From assembly GCA_052389415.1 (NCBI GenBank), contig JBQTHX010000030.1, forward strand, positions 1 through 64,000: 64,000 nucleotides of DNA, in the 5' to 3' direction. The translations under genes and the position numbers were made by a program. Of this stretch, positions 10,177-20,555 are shown in pieces; within the stretch, counting starts at the first letter, position 1, and every line of letters starts with the position of its first letter. The notes under the pieces are model-generated. The model was not told the DNA's origin. It was given only the letters and a program-made list of their open reading frames with translations, and did no database searches. The stretch is from Nitrosopumilaceae archaeon (GTDB taxonomy: Archaea > Thermoproteota > Nitrososphaeria > Nitrososphaerales > Nitrosopumilaceae).

Positions 10177-11448
10177 ATGAACATTACAGAAAAGATACTT
10201 GCAAGGGCTTCCGGAAAAACAAGCCTATCGTCAGATGATGTAGTTTTTGTAAATGTCGATAAGGTAATGGTACATGATGTTTCAGGACCTGGAGTAATTG
10301 CAGTATTTGAGAAGCTAAAGAAAAAGGGGATGAAGATAGAGAAACTTTGGGATTCGTCTAAAGTCTGGGTCGCAGAGGATCACTTTGTTCCTTCCGCAGA
10401 CAAGGTCTCAGCTCAAAACATAGTGTTGTTATCAGATTTTTCAAAACAATTTGGAATCAGTAAACATTTCAAGTATGGTATGGGTCAGTACGGAATCTGT
10501 CACACGTTATCACATGAGGAGGCAATGGTATTGCCAGGAGAAGTCTATGTGGGTGGTGACTCGCATACTAATACGACCGGTGCATTAGGTGCTTTTGCAG
10601 CTGGCCTTGGTCATACGGATGTTGCCTATGTGCTTTTGAATGGAAAAATTTGGTTCAAAGTTCCAGAAACGCTTTATTTTAAGCTAAATGGCAAACTTCC
10701 AAATCATGTTATGGCAAAAGATTTCATATTAAAAATAATCGGTGACATAGGTACTGATGGTGCGGCTTACAAAACAATGCAATTTGGAGGTGAAGGTATT
10801 TCAGAAATGTCAATTGAAGAAAGACTTACTCTAACAAACATGACCACAGAAGCTGGAGCAAAAAGCGGAATCATTGAACCTGATAAAAAAACCAGAGACT
10901 ACCTAACAGTACGTGGAGCTTCAAAATATGATGAAGTTCATGGAGATTTTAACGCCCATTATGAAAAGATCTATGAATACGAAGCATCTGAATTAGAACC
11001 AATTGTTGCTAAACCATTTTCTCCAGAAAATATTGCGGTAGCACGAGATTTATCAACCACTACACTGGACAAAGCGTATATTGGTTCATGCACAGGTGCA
11101 AAATATGAAGATCTACAAGCTGTTGCACGAATATTAAAGGGAAGAAAAGTGAAAATTAGAACTGAAGTATTGCCTGCAGCAATGTCCATATTTAGAAAAG
11201 CAACGGATGAAGGGTTGGTGAAAATCTTCATGGATGCAGGAGCAGTAGTAGGACCGCCCACATGTGGTGCATGTTGTGGTGCTCATATGGGTGTACTTGC
11301 CAAAGATGAAGTTTGTATAAGTACTACTAACAGAAATTTTCCTGGTAGGATGGGGCATGTGGAATCAAAAACATATCTTGCATCTCCGTTAGTTGCAGCC
11401 GCTTCTGCAGTTACTGGAAAAATTACCGATCCAAGGGATCTGAAATGA
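10177..11448 (+). CDS. hacA: Archaeal-type homoaconitase/isopropylmalate isomerase large subunit
   Basis: EKILA, DH, GICH, DSHT, GSCT, CGACCG [4Fe-4S] ligands, TNRNFPGRMG. Confidence 0.8.
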   Translation: MNITEKILARASGKTSLSSDDVVFVNVDKVMVHDVSGPGVIAVFEKLKKKGMKIEKLWDSSKVWVAEDHFVPSADKVSAQNIVLLSDFSKQFGISKHFKYGMGQYGICHTLSHEEAMVLPGEVYVGGDSHTNTTGALGAFAAGLGHTDVAYVLLNGKIWFKVPETLYFKLNGKLPNHVMAKDFILKIIGDIGTDGAAYKTMQFGGEGISEMSIEERLTLTNMTTEAGAKSGIIEPDKKTRDYLTVRGASKYDEVHGDFNAHYEKIYEYEASELEPIVAKPFSPENIAVARDLSTTTLDKAYIGSCTGAKYEDLQAVARILKGRKVKIRTEVLPAAMSIFRKATDEGLVKIFMDAGAVVGPPTCGACCGAHMGVLAKDEVCISTTNRNFPGRMGHVESKTYLASPLVAAASAVTGKITDPRDLK

Positions 11449-11927
11449 AAGGGAACGTCATAAAATATCAACAAGATAATATTGATACTGACGTAATAAT
11501 ACCTGGTCCATATCTTAAAATACATGATTATGACGAACTAGCAAAACATGCAATGGAGGGTTTAGACAAAGATTTTCATTCTAAAGTAAAAGAAGGCGAT
11601 TTCATTGTATCTGGTAGAAATTTTGGATGTGGCTCTTCAAGAGAACATGCACCAATTGCTCTTGCATATTCTGGAATAAAAGCAGTTTTAGCTTTATCTT
11701 TTGCACGGATATTTTATCGAAATGCAGTAGATGGTGCTTTCTTATTACCAATTGAAATTGATGAAAATTCATACAATAACATATCTGAAAAAGACCTTCT
11801 TGAAATCGATATAAACAAAAATGAAATAAAAAACCTTACAACGAACCAAACTTATAAAATGAAACCTTTTTCTGAGTTAATTGGAAAAATAATCGCAGCT
11901 GGTGGCCTCTTCAATTACAAACCATAG
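11445..11927 (+). CDS. hacB: Archaeal-type homoaconitase/IPM isomerase small subunit
   Basis: [34 protein letters not shown]; 4-bp overlap with the large subunit. Confidence 0.8.
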   Translation: MKGNVIKYQQDNIDTDVIIPGPYLKIHDYDELAKHAMEGLDKDFHSKVKEGDFIVSGRNFGCGSSREHAPIALAYSGIKAVLALSFARIFYRNAVDGAFLLPIEIDENSYNNISEKDLLEIDINKNEIKNLTTNQTYKMKPFSELIGKIIAAGGLFNYKP

Positions 11928-12007
11928 AGCAACTTATGCTGTTAACAATCAAGATTGTGAGATTCACATCTTATACCATTATATCACGTGTCATATGTGA
12001 TTATAAT

Positions 12008-13423
12008 GTGTCAAAGACACTGTTCGAGAAAATTTGGGATTCACATGTGGTGGTAGAACAAGAAAATGGTCCTACTTTACTTTACATCGATCGACATTTA
12101 GTACATGAGGTTACTTCCCCTCAAGCATTTGATGGCTTACGCTTGAATAAAAGAAATGTACGTAGACCTGATCTTACATTTGCAACAATGGATCATAATG
12201 TTCCAACTAGCGATCGATCTCTACCAATCATTGATCAAATTTCTGCAAAACAGATTCAGGTTCTAGAGCAAAACTGTAAAGAATTCGATATTCAGTTATT
12301 TGGTCTCAATAGCTCGAATCAAGGAATTGTGCATGTAATAGGTCCTGAATTAGGAATAACTCTGCCCGGCAGCACAATTGTTTGTGGTGATAGTCATACA
12401 TCGACACATGGCGCATTTGGAGCATTAGCATTTGGTATAGGCACCAGTGATGTAGAGCATGTGTTAGCAACTCAATGTATTTGGATGGGTAAACCAAAAA
12501 CCTTTGAAATTAAAATTGAAGGTAAACGGAAAAATAAACATGCAGTAACTGCAAAAGATGTCATTTTATCAATAATACGACAAATAGGCACTGCCGGGGG
12601 AGCAGGAACTGTTATAGAATATCGTGGAGAAACAATCTCTGAACTTACAATGGAGCAAAGAATGACAATTTGCAATATGTCTATCGAAGGCGGTGCTAGG
12701 GCAGGACTTGTGGCTCCAGATGAAAAAACATTTACCTATCTTAAAGGAAGAAAATTCACTCCTAAAAATTATGATGAATTAGTTGATTTCTGGTCTGAAA
12801 ACCTTAAGAGTGATTCAGGGGCTAGTTTCGACAAGACCTTTACATTACACGTGGATTCTATTTCACCGCAAGTGAGCTGGGGTACAAATCCCGCAATGAC
12901 TACGGATGTAGAAAGTACTGTTCCCTTTCCAGAAGAATATGCAAAAGGGAATCCAGATGAGGAAAAAGCAGCAATAAAAGCACTGCAATACATGGATCTA
13001 AAACCAGGCACTCCAGTTACTGATATTTCAATTGATAGAGTTTTCATCGGTTCTTGTACAAATTCACGATTGGAAGATTTGATTGAAGCATCAAAGGTGG
13101 TTAAGGGAAAGAAGGTTTCGTCAAAAGTACGGGCTATGATAGTACCTGGATCTCAGCTGGTAAAAAGACAAGCTGAAGAATTAGGATTAGACCAGATATT
13201 CAAAGAAGCAAACTTTGAGTGGAGAGAATCAGGCTGTAGCATGTGTCTTGGAATGAATCCTGATATTTTGAAGTCAGGTGAAAGATGCGCAAGCACTTCA
13301 AACCGAAACTTTGAAGGAAGACAGGGTGCTGGAGGAAGAACTCATCTAGTGAGTCCTGTTATGGCAGCAGCAGCTGCTCTAGCAGGTCATTTTGTAGATG
13401 TCAGAGATCTGGATCTGAATTAA
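12008..13423 (+). CDS. leuC: Bacterial-type 3-isopropylmalate dehydratase large subunit (probable GTG start at 12008)
   Basis: [59 protein letters not shown]. Confidence 0.93.
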   Translation: MSKTLFEKIWDSHVVVEQENGPTLLYIDRHLVHEVTSPQAFDGLRLNKRNVRRPDLTFATMDHNVPTSDRSLPIIDQISAKQIQVLEQNCKEFDIQLFGLNSSNQGIVHVIGPELGITLPGSTIVCGDSHTSTHGAFGALAFGIGTSDVEHVLATQCIWMGKPKTFEIKIEGKRKNKHAVTAKDVILSIIRQIGTAGGAGTVIEYRGETISELTMEQRMTICNMSIEGGARAGLVAPDEKTFTYLKGRKFTPKNYDELVDFWSENLKSDSGASFDKTFTLHVDSISPQVSWGTNPAMTTDVESTVPFPEEYAKGNPDEEKAAIKALQYMDLKPGTPVTDISIDRVFIGSCTNSRLEDLIEASKVVKGKKVSSKVRAMIVPGSQLVKRQAEELGLDQIFKEANFEWRESGCSMCLGMNPDILKSGERCASTSNRNFEGRQGAGGRTHLVSPVMAAAAALAGHFVDVRDLDLN

Positions 13424-13999
13424 ATGAAACCATTTAGGACGATAAGAAGTGTTGTTACTCCACTTGACAAAGTTAATGTTGATACTGATCAAATAGTGCC
13501 TAAACAATTCCTAAAACTTGTTCAAAAGACAGGTTTTGGACAATATCTATTCTATGACTGGAGGTTCAAGCCAGATGGTTTACCAAGGGAAGACTTTGTT
13601 CTAAACAACCCAAAATATCATGGTTCTAAGATTCTGCTTACAAGGGATAACTTTGGTTGTGGCTCAAGCAGGGAACATGCTGCCTGGGCTTTGCTTGACT
13701 ATGGATTCACGGTAGTGATAGCTCCATCTTTTGCTGATATTTTTTACAATAATTGCTTCAAAAATGGAATTTTGCCAATAACACTTGATGGTAAAAAGAT
13801 TGAAATTCTTTTCAGGACGGATTCTGAAATAGAGGTTAGTTTAGAAAATCAGACCCTAAAGAGCCCAAACCAGACAATAACGTTTGATATTGAAGTTCAT
13901 AGAAAAAAAACACTAATGGAAGGATTAGACGATATATCTCTCACATTGCAATACGAAAACAAAATAAAACAATATGAAAATTCTCGAGTAACAATCTAA
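13424..13999 (+). CDS. leuD: Bacterial-type 3-isopropylmalate dehydratase small subunit
   Basis: [39 protein letters not shown]. Confidence 0.93.
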   Translation: MKPFRTIRSVVTPLDKVNVDTDQIVPKQFLKLVQKTGFGQYLFYDWRFKPDGLPREDFVLNNPKYHGSKILLTRDNFGCGSSREHAAWALLDYGFTVVIAPSFADIFYNNCFKNGILPITLDGKKIEILFRTDSEIEVSLENQTLKSPNQTITFDIEVHRKKTLMEGLDDISLTLQYENKIKQYENSRVTI

Positions 14000-14733
14000 T
14001 TTTTCATTTTCCTTATTATTTTTTTTATAGTATCATTGTTTCTTTCAACTTTATTTGGAGATTCTATATCGATCCAATATTCTTTACCTATGTCAAATGC
14101 ACTTACGGTTTTACTTTTTGATAACTGTTCTAAGACATCAAAAGACAAATTAATGTCGTTTTCTTTTTTTCTTTTTGAACGGATTATTGTTAAAATTTTC
14201 GTACTCAAAACATATATTCCCAGGCACTCTGCCATCTGCAAATTGATAAACGGCTTCTCTTGGAAATCCAGTATGATTCCATCCTTTACTTTTGCATATC
14301 CGGTCTCTTCTTTTCTATATCTTCTGGTTGCGATACTTGCAATACTCTTTTTTTGTTTATAGAACTTGTACATCTTATCAAGTTCTATTGCACAAAAATT
14401 ATCTACAAACCACAAAATGAAATCTTGTTCTTTTTTTAGAATTGAAGTTAGGTGTAGTAGATCACCACCTGTACCATTATTGGAATCTTGAATAAACTTG
14501 ATCTTCTTACCTCGTACTGTGTTTTTATCTTCAAAGTATCGTCTTATCTGACTTCCTAGTCCTTTGAAATCAGACAGTATTATTATTTCTTTGATGAAAT
14601 TAAAAGATGAAACATAATTTATGATATAGTCTATGAGAGGTTTTCCCTCTATGGGGATCATAGCTTTTGGAAAATAATCGGTAAACGGTTTTCCCCTGGT
14701 TCCCTTTCCACCAGCTAAAATTACAATTTTCAA
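13996..14733 (-). CDS. Sugar-phosphate nucleotidyltransferase family protein
   Basis: ILAGGKGTR...PKAM, GTGG, FQEKP, WIDI. Confidence 0.85.
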   Translation of the reverse strand: MKIVILAGGKGTRGKPFTDYFPKAMIPIEGKPLIDYIINYVSSFNFIKEIIILSDFKGLGSQIRRYFEDKNTVRGKKIKFIQDSNNGTGGDLLHLTSILKKEQDFILWFVDNFCAIELDKMYKFYKQKKSIASIATRRYRKEETGYAKVKDGIILDFQEKPFINLQMAECLGIYVLSTKILTIIRSKRKKENDINLSFDVLEQLSKSKTVSAFDIGKEYWIDIESPNKVERNNDTIKKIIRKMKN

Positions 14734-14736
14734 ATG

Positions 14737-15180
14737 CTATCTGTATGACTTTTGTTTCCTTCTTCTAGCGCCAGGTCCACCAAACTTCTTTGGTTCTTTT
14801 CTTCTGTCATCTCCACTTAAGAGATGTTTATCAAAATCATTTAGTCGTTTTTTAAGTTCTTCACGCATTGTTTTTGTAAAAGGATGTTCTTTTGGTTCTT
14901 TTTTGGATTTTGTCCAACCTGTTAAGGCTCTTGATATTGCTACTGCACTAGCATAAGCTTGACCCATAAAACCTCCACCGTTGACTCTAACAGAAAGATC
15001 AATTTTATCTCGCAAGTCGCCTGCAATTTCAAGGGGAAGGAGTATTACTTCCCTTGCAGTTTCTTGTTGAATCATCTCTACAGGCGAATTGTTAATTCTT
15101 ACCTTGCCTACTCCCTTGGAAATGTGTACATGCGCCCTGGCAGTTTTTCTTGTAGCAAAATAATTCTCTACTTTTACCAT
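14737..15180 (-). CDS. rps9: 30S ribosomal protein S9 (uS9)
   Basis: RKTARA, GGGFMGQA, EPKKFGGPGARRRKQKSYR. Confidence 0.96.
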   Translation of the reverse strand: MVKVENYFATRKTARAHVHISKGVGKVRINNSPVEMIQQETAREVILLPLEIAGDLRDKIDLSVRVNGGGFMGQAYASAVAISRALTGWTKSKKEPKEHPFTKTMREELKKRLNDFDKHLLSGDDRRKEPKKFGGPGARRRKQKSYR

Positions 15181-15654
15181 TTACTCGTGCCACCCCACCA
15201 TTCTTCCAAGTTCGCCAACACTTGTGTAATATGAAGAAGATCTTCTAATTTTTGCATCTTCAAATTGAGTTCTTTCCAGAGATCTAAGATCATTTGGTAT
15301 CCCTAAATACGCCCTGAGTCTCTTGAATGCAGTTTTTCCGGAAGACTTTGTTTTCGGAAGCATTCCTCTAACCATTTTGGTTATGATAGTGTCTGGTCTT
15401 CGTGGATGAAATGGACCAAACTTGGGATTTGTTATACTAGCAATTTCAAGAAATTCTCTATATTCTCTTATTATGGATTCTCTACTGCCGCTTATCATGA
15501 TATTCTCAGAATTCACAATAGCAACGTGACTGCCATCTAGTAGAAGCTTTGCTACATGGGAACACAATCTTCCAGCAATCATGTTTGTCCCATCCACTAC
15601 TATGGTATGAGAATTCTTTGTAATTGTCTTTGTTTCTGTTTGTTGTTTAACCAA
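15181..15654 (-). CDS. rpl13: 50S ribosomal protein L13 (uL13)
   Basis: GRLCSHVAK, GPFHPRRP, VRGMLP; conserved position between L18e and S9. Confidence 0.95.
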   Translation of the reverse strand: MVKQQTETKTITKNSHTIVVDGTNMIAGRLCSHVAKLLLDGSHVAIVNSENIMISGSRESIIREYREFLEIASITNPKFGPFHPRRPDTIITKMVRGMLPKTKSSGKTAFKRLRAYLGIPNDLRSLERTQFEDAKIRRSSSYYTSVGELGRMVGWHE

Positions 15655-16009
15655 TTATTGTTACACCTTTCCCTGTTGGGTGATTCTTAATTATCTCAGA
15701 ATAGCTCAAAATCTTTCCTCCACTATCTAGGATCTTTTGAGCACCCGAGTTTGAAATAGAAAATGAACATAACGTGATTTTATGTGTGATGCCACCTGTC
15801 CCAAGAACTTTGCCTGGAACTATTATTATATCTCCATCTTTTGACAACCTGTCAATTTGGCTAACATTTATCTTTCTTCTTGCAGAGGACGGCTTCAATG
15901 CTAATTCTGCAAGTCTTGACCATATCGGGGCCTTGTTTTTCTTTGAAGCTTCCTCTAGATGTCTTGCCATAAGTAGTACAACAGGATTAGTCATTTGTAT
16001 AATTGCCAT
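15647..16009 (-). CDS. rpl18e: 50S ribosomal protein L18e (eL18)
   Basis: TNP, APIW, VPGKVLGTG; operon context. Confidence 0.94.
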   Translation of the reverse strand: MAIIQMTNPVVLLMARHLEEASKKNKAPIWSRLAELALKPSSARRKINVSQIDRLSKDGDIIIVPGKVLGTGGITHKITLCSFSISNSGAQKILDSGGKILSYSEIIKNHPTGKGVTIIG

Positions 16010-16042
16010 TTTTAACCCAAATATAATGCATGCTTAGCTAAA

Positions 16043-16675
16043 CTATAGGGCGGAAATTACTTGCTTGAAACCCTCTAATCGTTTCGTAATCTCATCAATT
16101 CCTGCAAGAACTATTTGAGCTGGAGATAACGCCCCGGCAGATTCTACGGTCAAAATATGATCCTCAGGATTCCCACCTTCAGTTAGGACTGAAATAGTGG
16201 CGGCATTCCATTTTGCGTGGTCTGTTCCTCTACCTAATCTTGCATATGCCTCGATCTTGATTTTTTGTCCGGGAGCAAGTTCAACTATTGGAATCTTATC
16301 GCTTACAGGCTTTACGGTCTCGTCTTCAGACGAGAGGTCTGCAGATGTGATTGTTCGTGTAGTGTCTGAAGAACCAGAATCAATCATTAGCATTACCCTG
16401 CAATGGCTACACCCTACTTCACTCTTACAATCACAATTTGATGGCTCAGAAAATTTGGTTAGATCTGTTTTTATTGGTATCATAGCAAGTCTGTGTGCGA
16501 TTCCCTCATCAGCTAAAACTGATGAATTTTCGATTATTTCCACGTCATCAATAGCAAAAACAGGTACCCCTGTCAGGCATGTCCTTCGTATTGCATTTGC
16601 ATACTGTAAGGGCATTCCTTTTAGCTTTACAACAATTTTTTGGTCATTTTGTTCAATTACTTCTAGGGAAGCCAA
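16043..16675 (-). CDS. rpoD: DNA-directed RNA polymerase subunit D (Rpo3)
   Basis: ANAIRR, ENSSVLADE, AHRLAMIP, Zn-binding CDC...CSHC, GRGTDHAKW. Confidence 0.95.
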   Translation of the reverse strand: MASLEVIEQNDQKIVVKLKGMPLQYANAIRRTCLTGVPVFAIDDVEIIENSSVLADEGIAHRLAMIPIKTDLTKFSEPSNCDCKSEVGCSHCRVMLMIDSGSSDTTRTITSADLSSEDETVKPVSDKIPIVELAPGQKIKIEAYARLGRGTDHAKWNAATISVLTEGGNPEDHILTVESAGALSPAQIVLAGIDEITKRLEGFKQVISAL

Positions 16676-16761
16676 TTCTTAAATGAAAAAATTGTTGGTC
16701 CAAATAAAAATCTAGCGAGTTTTGGTGTATAGATAAATACCAAAGTTGGATATCTCAAATA

Positions 16762-17451
16762 GTGGTAGATAAGGTAACCGTAGTAAGATTCGCAGTTGAA
16801 GGAGAAAAGTTTGAACTCCTTGTCAAACCAGAGCCTGCACTTGATTACAAATTAGGAAAAATCAAAGACGTATCAACGATCCTTGTTTCAGACGAAATTT
16901 ATTCTGATTCTAGTAAAGGAACGCGTGCTTCTACTGAAAAACTGCTTAAGGCGTTCAAAACTGATGATACAGCAATCATCGCTGCGCTCATCATGCAAAA
17001 AGGAGAACTTAACCTGACAACTGATCAAAGAAGAAAGATGGTTTTAGAAAAACGTAAACAAATTGTTGATTTTATAGCAAAAACATACGTGGATCCAAGA
17101 TCTCATTTACCTCATCCTCCGCTTAGAATAGAACAAGCAATGGATGATGCACGAATATCTATAGACCCTTTTAGAAATAGTGCAGAACAAACAAAAGATG
17201 TAGTGGAACAACTGCGATCTATCATTCCGTTGAAATCAGAAAATATGATTTTGGAAATTGTTGTACCAGCACAGTTTGCAGCACAATCATATTCTGTTTT
17301 AAAATCTGCGGGAACTTTGAAAAAAGAAGAATGGCAATCTAATGGTTCTCTTAAAGTAATACTAGATATACCGGCTGCAGCAAGAGCCAATGTGATAGAT
17401 AGATTGGGATCAGTAACAAAAGGTTCTGCTTCCGTTGAGGTAGCAAAATGA
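16762..17451 (+). CDS. Ribosome maturation protein SBDS/Sdo1
   Basis: GEKFELLV, LTTDQRR, PHPPLRIEQAM; first gene of the exosome superoperon. Confidence 0.93.
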   Translation: MVDKVTVVRFAVEGEKFELLVKPEPALDYKLGKIKDVSTILVSDEIYSDSSKGTRASTEKLLKAFKTDDTAIIAALIMQKGELNLTTDQRRKMVLEKRKQIVDFIAKTYVDPRSHLPHPPLRIEQAMDDARISIDPFRNSAEQTKDVVEQLRSIIPLKSENMILEIVVPAQFAAQSYSVLKSAGTLKKEEWQSNGSLKVILDIPAAARANVIDRLGSVTKGSASVEVAK

Positions 17452-18155
17452 TGGATGCAGTAAAAAGAAAATATGTAATTCCTGGGGATGTTATAGTTAC
17501 TGGTCCATTCAGACCAGAACAGAATGTCTATCAGGAAGGTGATAGGATTATTTCTACCAGTGTAGGTATCTCGGAAATCTATGACAATGCAGTCCGTGTC
17601 ATACCGCTTTCAGGTATGTACATGCCAAAAACTAATGATCTTGTAATAGGAAAAGTTATTGGACACTCTTCGCTTTCTTGGGAATTTGATATCAGTTCTT
17701 GTTTTATTGGATTCCTTCCAGCTCAGGATGTATTTGGTAGAGATTATTCTCCAACTAAAGATGAATTAAAAGCACGATTGGACAAAGGTGATTTAGTAGC
17801 TGCTAGGGTGGCAAATTTTGATAGATCCAGAGATCCACTCCTTACCATACAAGATAGAGATTTGGGAAAAATTGAATCGGGCGAATTGATAAAGATCGCC
17901 CCAAGTAAGGTTCCTAGACTCATTGGAAAGCGTGGCTCTATGATCCAAACAATTGAGATGGCTACAAAAGCAATTATTACAATAGGCCAAAACGGCTTAA
18001 TCGTAGTTTCTTGTGAAGATCCAGTGGGGTTATTAAAGGCCATAGAAGCAGTGAAAATGGTTGATGCACAAGCACATACACCGAACTTGACTGAAAGAGT
18101 AAAATCTATGCTTGGGGTAGACCTTGGTGAAAATAATGACACAATTAATGAATGA
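17448..18155 (+). CDS. rrp4: Exosome RNA-binding subunit Rrp4
   Basis: VIPGD, S1 domain, KH motif VPRLIGKRGSMI, GQNGLI. Confidence 0.94.
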   Translation: MMDAVKRKYVIPGDVIVTGPFRPEQNVYQEGDRIISTSVGISEIYDNAVRVIPLSGMYMPKTNDLVIGKVIGHSSLSWEFDISSCFIGFLPAQDVFGRDYSPTKDELKARLDKGDLVAARVANFDRSRDPLLTIQDRDLGKIESGELIKIAPSKVPRLIGKRGSMIQTIEMATKAIITIGQNGLIVVSCEDPVGLLKAIEAVKMVDAQAHTPNLTERVKSMLGVDLGENNDTINE

Positions 18156-18852
18156 AAATGGAATTAGATGTGACGGTCGAAGGATTGACCAAATAAGAAA
18201 TGTTTCCATAAAAGTAGGAATCTTAAAAAATGCAGATGGTTCTGCGTATATAGAATTTGGAAAAAATAAGATCCTTGCTGGTGTTTTTGGACCGCGAGAT
18301 GTTCATCCAAAACATATGGCTGATCAAGACAGTGGAATTTTACGATGTAGATACCACATGTCGCCGTTCTCAGTAACGGAAAGAAAAAATCCTGCTCCCT
18401 CTAGAAGAGAAATCGAAATCTCAAAAGTAATTAAAGAAGCACTTCAACCAGCAGTAATACTCAAAGATTTTCCAAGAACTGTAGTAGATGTATTTATCGA
18501 GGTTCTCCAAGCTGATGGGGGCTCTAGATGCGCTGCACTGGATGCAGCATCAGTTGCCTTAGTTGATGCTGGAATACCAATGCGAGATATAGTATGTGCT
18601 TGTGCGGCGGGTAAAGTGGCAGACAAGATTGTTCTTGATGTAAATGATGAAGAAGACAAAGAAGGGCAAGCAGACATGCCAGTAGCCTACATGCCAAATC
18701 TTGGAAAAATCACCCTTATGCAACTTGATGGGATATTGACTCCATCTGAATACAAAAAATGCCTTGAAACTGCTATAGAGGGATGCAAACAAGTCTATGA
18801 AATTCAGAAAAAAGCGCTTATGGAAAAATACTTTAAAAATGGGGAGGCATAA
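18124..18852 (+). CDS. rrp41: Exosome catalytic subunit Rrp41 (start possibly 18136)
   Basis: RNase PH fold: RCDGRR, ADGSAY, MSPFSVTERK, QADGGSRCA. Confidence 0.95.
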   Translation: MVKIMTQLMNENGIRCDGRRIDQIRNVSIKVGILKNADGSAYIEFGKNKILAGVFGPRDVHPKHMADQDSGILRCRYHMSPFSVTERKNPAPSRREIEISKVIKEALQPAVILKDFPRTVVDVFIEVLQADGGSRCAALDAASVALVDAGIPMRDIVCACAAGKVADKIVLDVNDEEDKEGQADMPVAYMPNLGKITLMQLDGILTPSEYKKCLETAIEGCKQVYEIQKKALMEKYFKNGEA

Positions 18853-18854
18853 AA

Positions 18855-19661
18855 ATGACAAACTCTGTAATAATAGAACAACTAAAAAGAGAAAAGATTC
18901 TTGAACTTCTAAATCAGGGAAAGCGGATTGATGGAAGAGGATTATACGATCAACGACCTCTTTCTATTGAGACCGGAGTAATTCCAAAAGCAAATGGTTC
19001 TGCACGAGTAAAACTAGGCAACACTGAAGTAGTAACAGGAGTTAAAATACAACCTGACAAACCCTTTCCAGATCTTGGTGATAAAGGAATTTTGATTTGC
19101 ACTGCAGAGATACTCCCTCTGGCTGATCCTAAAGCTGAACCAGGTCCACCAGGTGAAGATGTTATTGAATTGGCTAGAGTAGTTGATAGAGGTATAAGAG
19201 AAACCGAAATGCTAGATTTAAAACAGCTTGTCTTAATACAGGACAAATCTGTGATAGGAATCTTTGTTGATAGTAGTGTATTAAATTCTGATGGAAATCT
19301 ATTTGATGCATGTTCTTACGCCGCTGTAGCTGCAATCTTTTCGTGCACAGTACCAAAATATGAGGTAAAGGACGATCTACCGGTGTTAGTTGAAGGCGTA
19401 ACATCTAAACCTCCAATAAAAACAATTCCAGTTTCTGTAACAATGGCTCGAATAGGTGATCACATTGTAGTTGATCCATCGGCAGATGAAGAAGCATGTA
19501 TGAATGCTAGAATAACAATTACTACTAATTCTGACGAAAACATATGCGCATTACAAAAGGGAGGTAACGACGGATTTACGGTTGAGCAGCTTTTCAAATG
19601 TTCTGAAATTGCGTTATCGGTGGGAACAAAAATAAGGAAGCAATTTGAGCAGATGATGTAG
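18855..19661 (+). CDS. rrp42: Exosome subunit Rrp42
   Basis: RIDGR, ANGSARV, EPGPP, ELARVVDRGIRE, DGNLFDA. Confidence 0.95.
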   Translation: MTNSVIIEQLKREKILELLNQGKRIDGRGLYDQRPLSIETGVIPKANGSARVKLGNTEVVTGVKIQPDKPFPDLGDKGILICTAEILPLADPKAEPGPPGEDVIELARVVDRGIRETEMLDLKQLVLIQDKSVIGIFVDSSVLNSDGNLFDACSYAAVAAIFSCTVPKYEVKDDLPVLVEGVTSKPPIKTIPVSVTMARIGDHIVVDPSADEEACMNARITITTNSDENICALQKGGNDGFTVEQLFKCSEIALSVGTKIRKQFEQMM

Positions 19662-19662
19662 T

Positions 19663-19878
19663 ATGGCAAAAGGTAAAAGTGCATCATTAAGGGGCCTTGG
19701 ATCAAAATATGGTCTTAAACCACGCAAGAAATTCACTGTTATTCATAAATTACTCAAAACTAAAAGAAAATGTAGTGAATGTGGTTCCAATAAATTTGGT
19801 AGAGAAGCCGTAGGAATATGGACATGTAAAAAATGTGGTTTTAAGATAGCAGGCTTGGCATATGACGTTAAAATATAA
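19663..19878 (+). CDS. rpl37ae: 50S ribosomal protein L37ae (eL43)
   Basis: GSKYG, CSEC...GIWTCKKC zinc ribbon; canonical position after rrp42. Confidence 0.9.
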   Translation: MAKGKSASLRGLGSKYGLKPRKKFTVIHKLLKTKRKCSECGSNKFGREAVGIWTCKKCGFKIAGLAYDVKI

Positions 19879-20107
19879 CGCAAAAATCGAAATATCTGCT
19901 GGTAAGACGGCTAAATCAATATTTGATTCGTTGCAAACTGATGACAAATTCTACACCGAAAACCCAACAAAAACCAAAATGTCACTTGATAAAAAAATCA
20001 CAATTCTAATCGAGACTCAGGAATTATCTCATCTTAGAGCAAATTTGAATTCTACTTTACGTCTTGTCCAAACAAGTAATGATTCTATCGAATCGGTAAA
20101 AATATAA
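19862..20107 (+). CDS. pcc1: KEOPS complex subunit Pcc1
   Basis: LRANLNSTLRL motif; conserved position between L37ae and prefoldin beta. Confidence 0.82.
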   Translation: MTLKYNAKIEISAGKTAKSIFDSLQTDDKFYTENPTKTKMSLDKKITILIETQELSHLRANLNSTLRLVQTSNDSIESVKI

Positions 20108-20130
20108 ACAAAACGGATATTGAAATCAGC

Positions 20131-20523
20131 ATGTCTGCGGGTAGTCAGCAAATTCCTCCATGGTTACAAGAACAAGTAGCACGAATGCAAAACTTGCAGC
20201 AGAATCTTCAATCTATTATGGGTCAAAAACAACATCTTGAGATGGAGCAATTAGAAACAGAAAGAGCTTTAGAAGTGCTAAAGAAAGCAGCAGATACTGA
20301 TACAGTTTTCAAAAGTGCTGGTCCTATACTAATAAAATCCACTAAACTCAATCTTATTACGGAACTTGAGGAAAAAAAAGAACTATCAAATACACGTGTT
20401 ACAGTATTATCAAAACAAGAAACAAGAATTAAAGAGAATCTAAAAGAAGTTGAAGATAAGATAAAGACAATGTTACAAGGACAATCCGGTTCTCAAGGAC
20501 AAAAAACAGATACTTCCAAATAA
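20131..20523 (+). CDS. pfdB: Prefoldin beta subunit
   Basis: Coiled-coil hairpin with central VFKSAGPILIK; superoperon context. Confidence 0.92.
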   Translation: MSAGSQQIPPWLQEQVARMQNLQQNLQSIMGQKQHLEMEQLETERALEVLKKAADTDTVFKSAGPILIKSTKLNLITELEEKKELSNTRVTVLSKQETRIKENLKEVEDKIKTMLQGQSGSQGQKTDTSK

Positions 20524-20555
20524 AATATTAATAAATTCTTGTATCCTTTCATTAC

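Noticed and set aside
11936-12007. N-terminal extension of leuC in the ORF track
   Set aside because: Homology begins at VSKTLFEK (GTG 12008); the upstream part is likely intergenic/promoter.
16197-16682. 161-aa plus-strand ORF, and similar antisense ORFs over core genes (e.g. 26431..26967, 32182..32706, 43615..44157)
   Set aside because: Overlap well-supported genes on the opposite strand; no motifs of their own.
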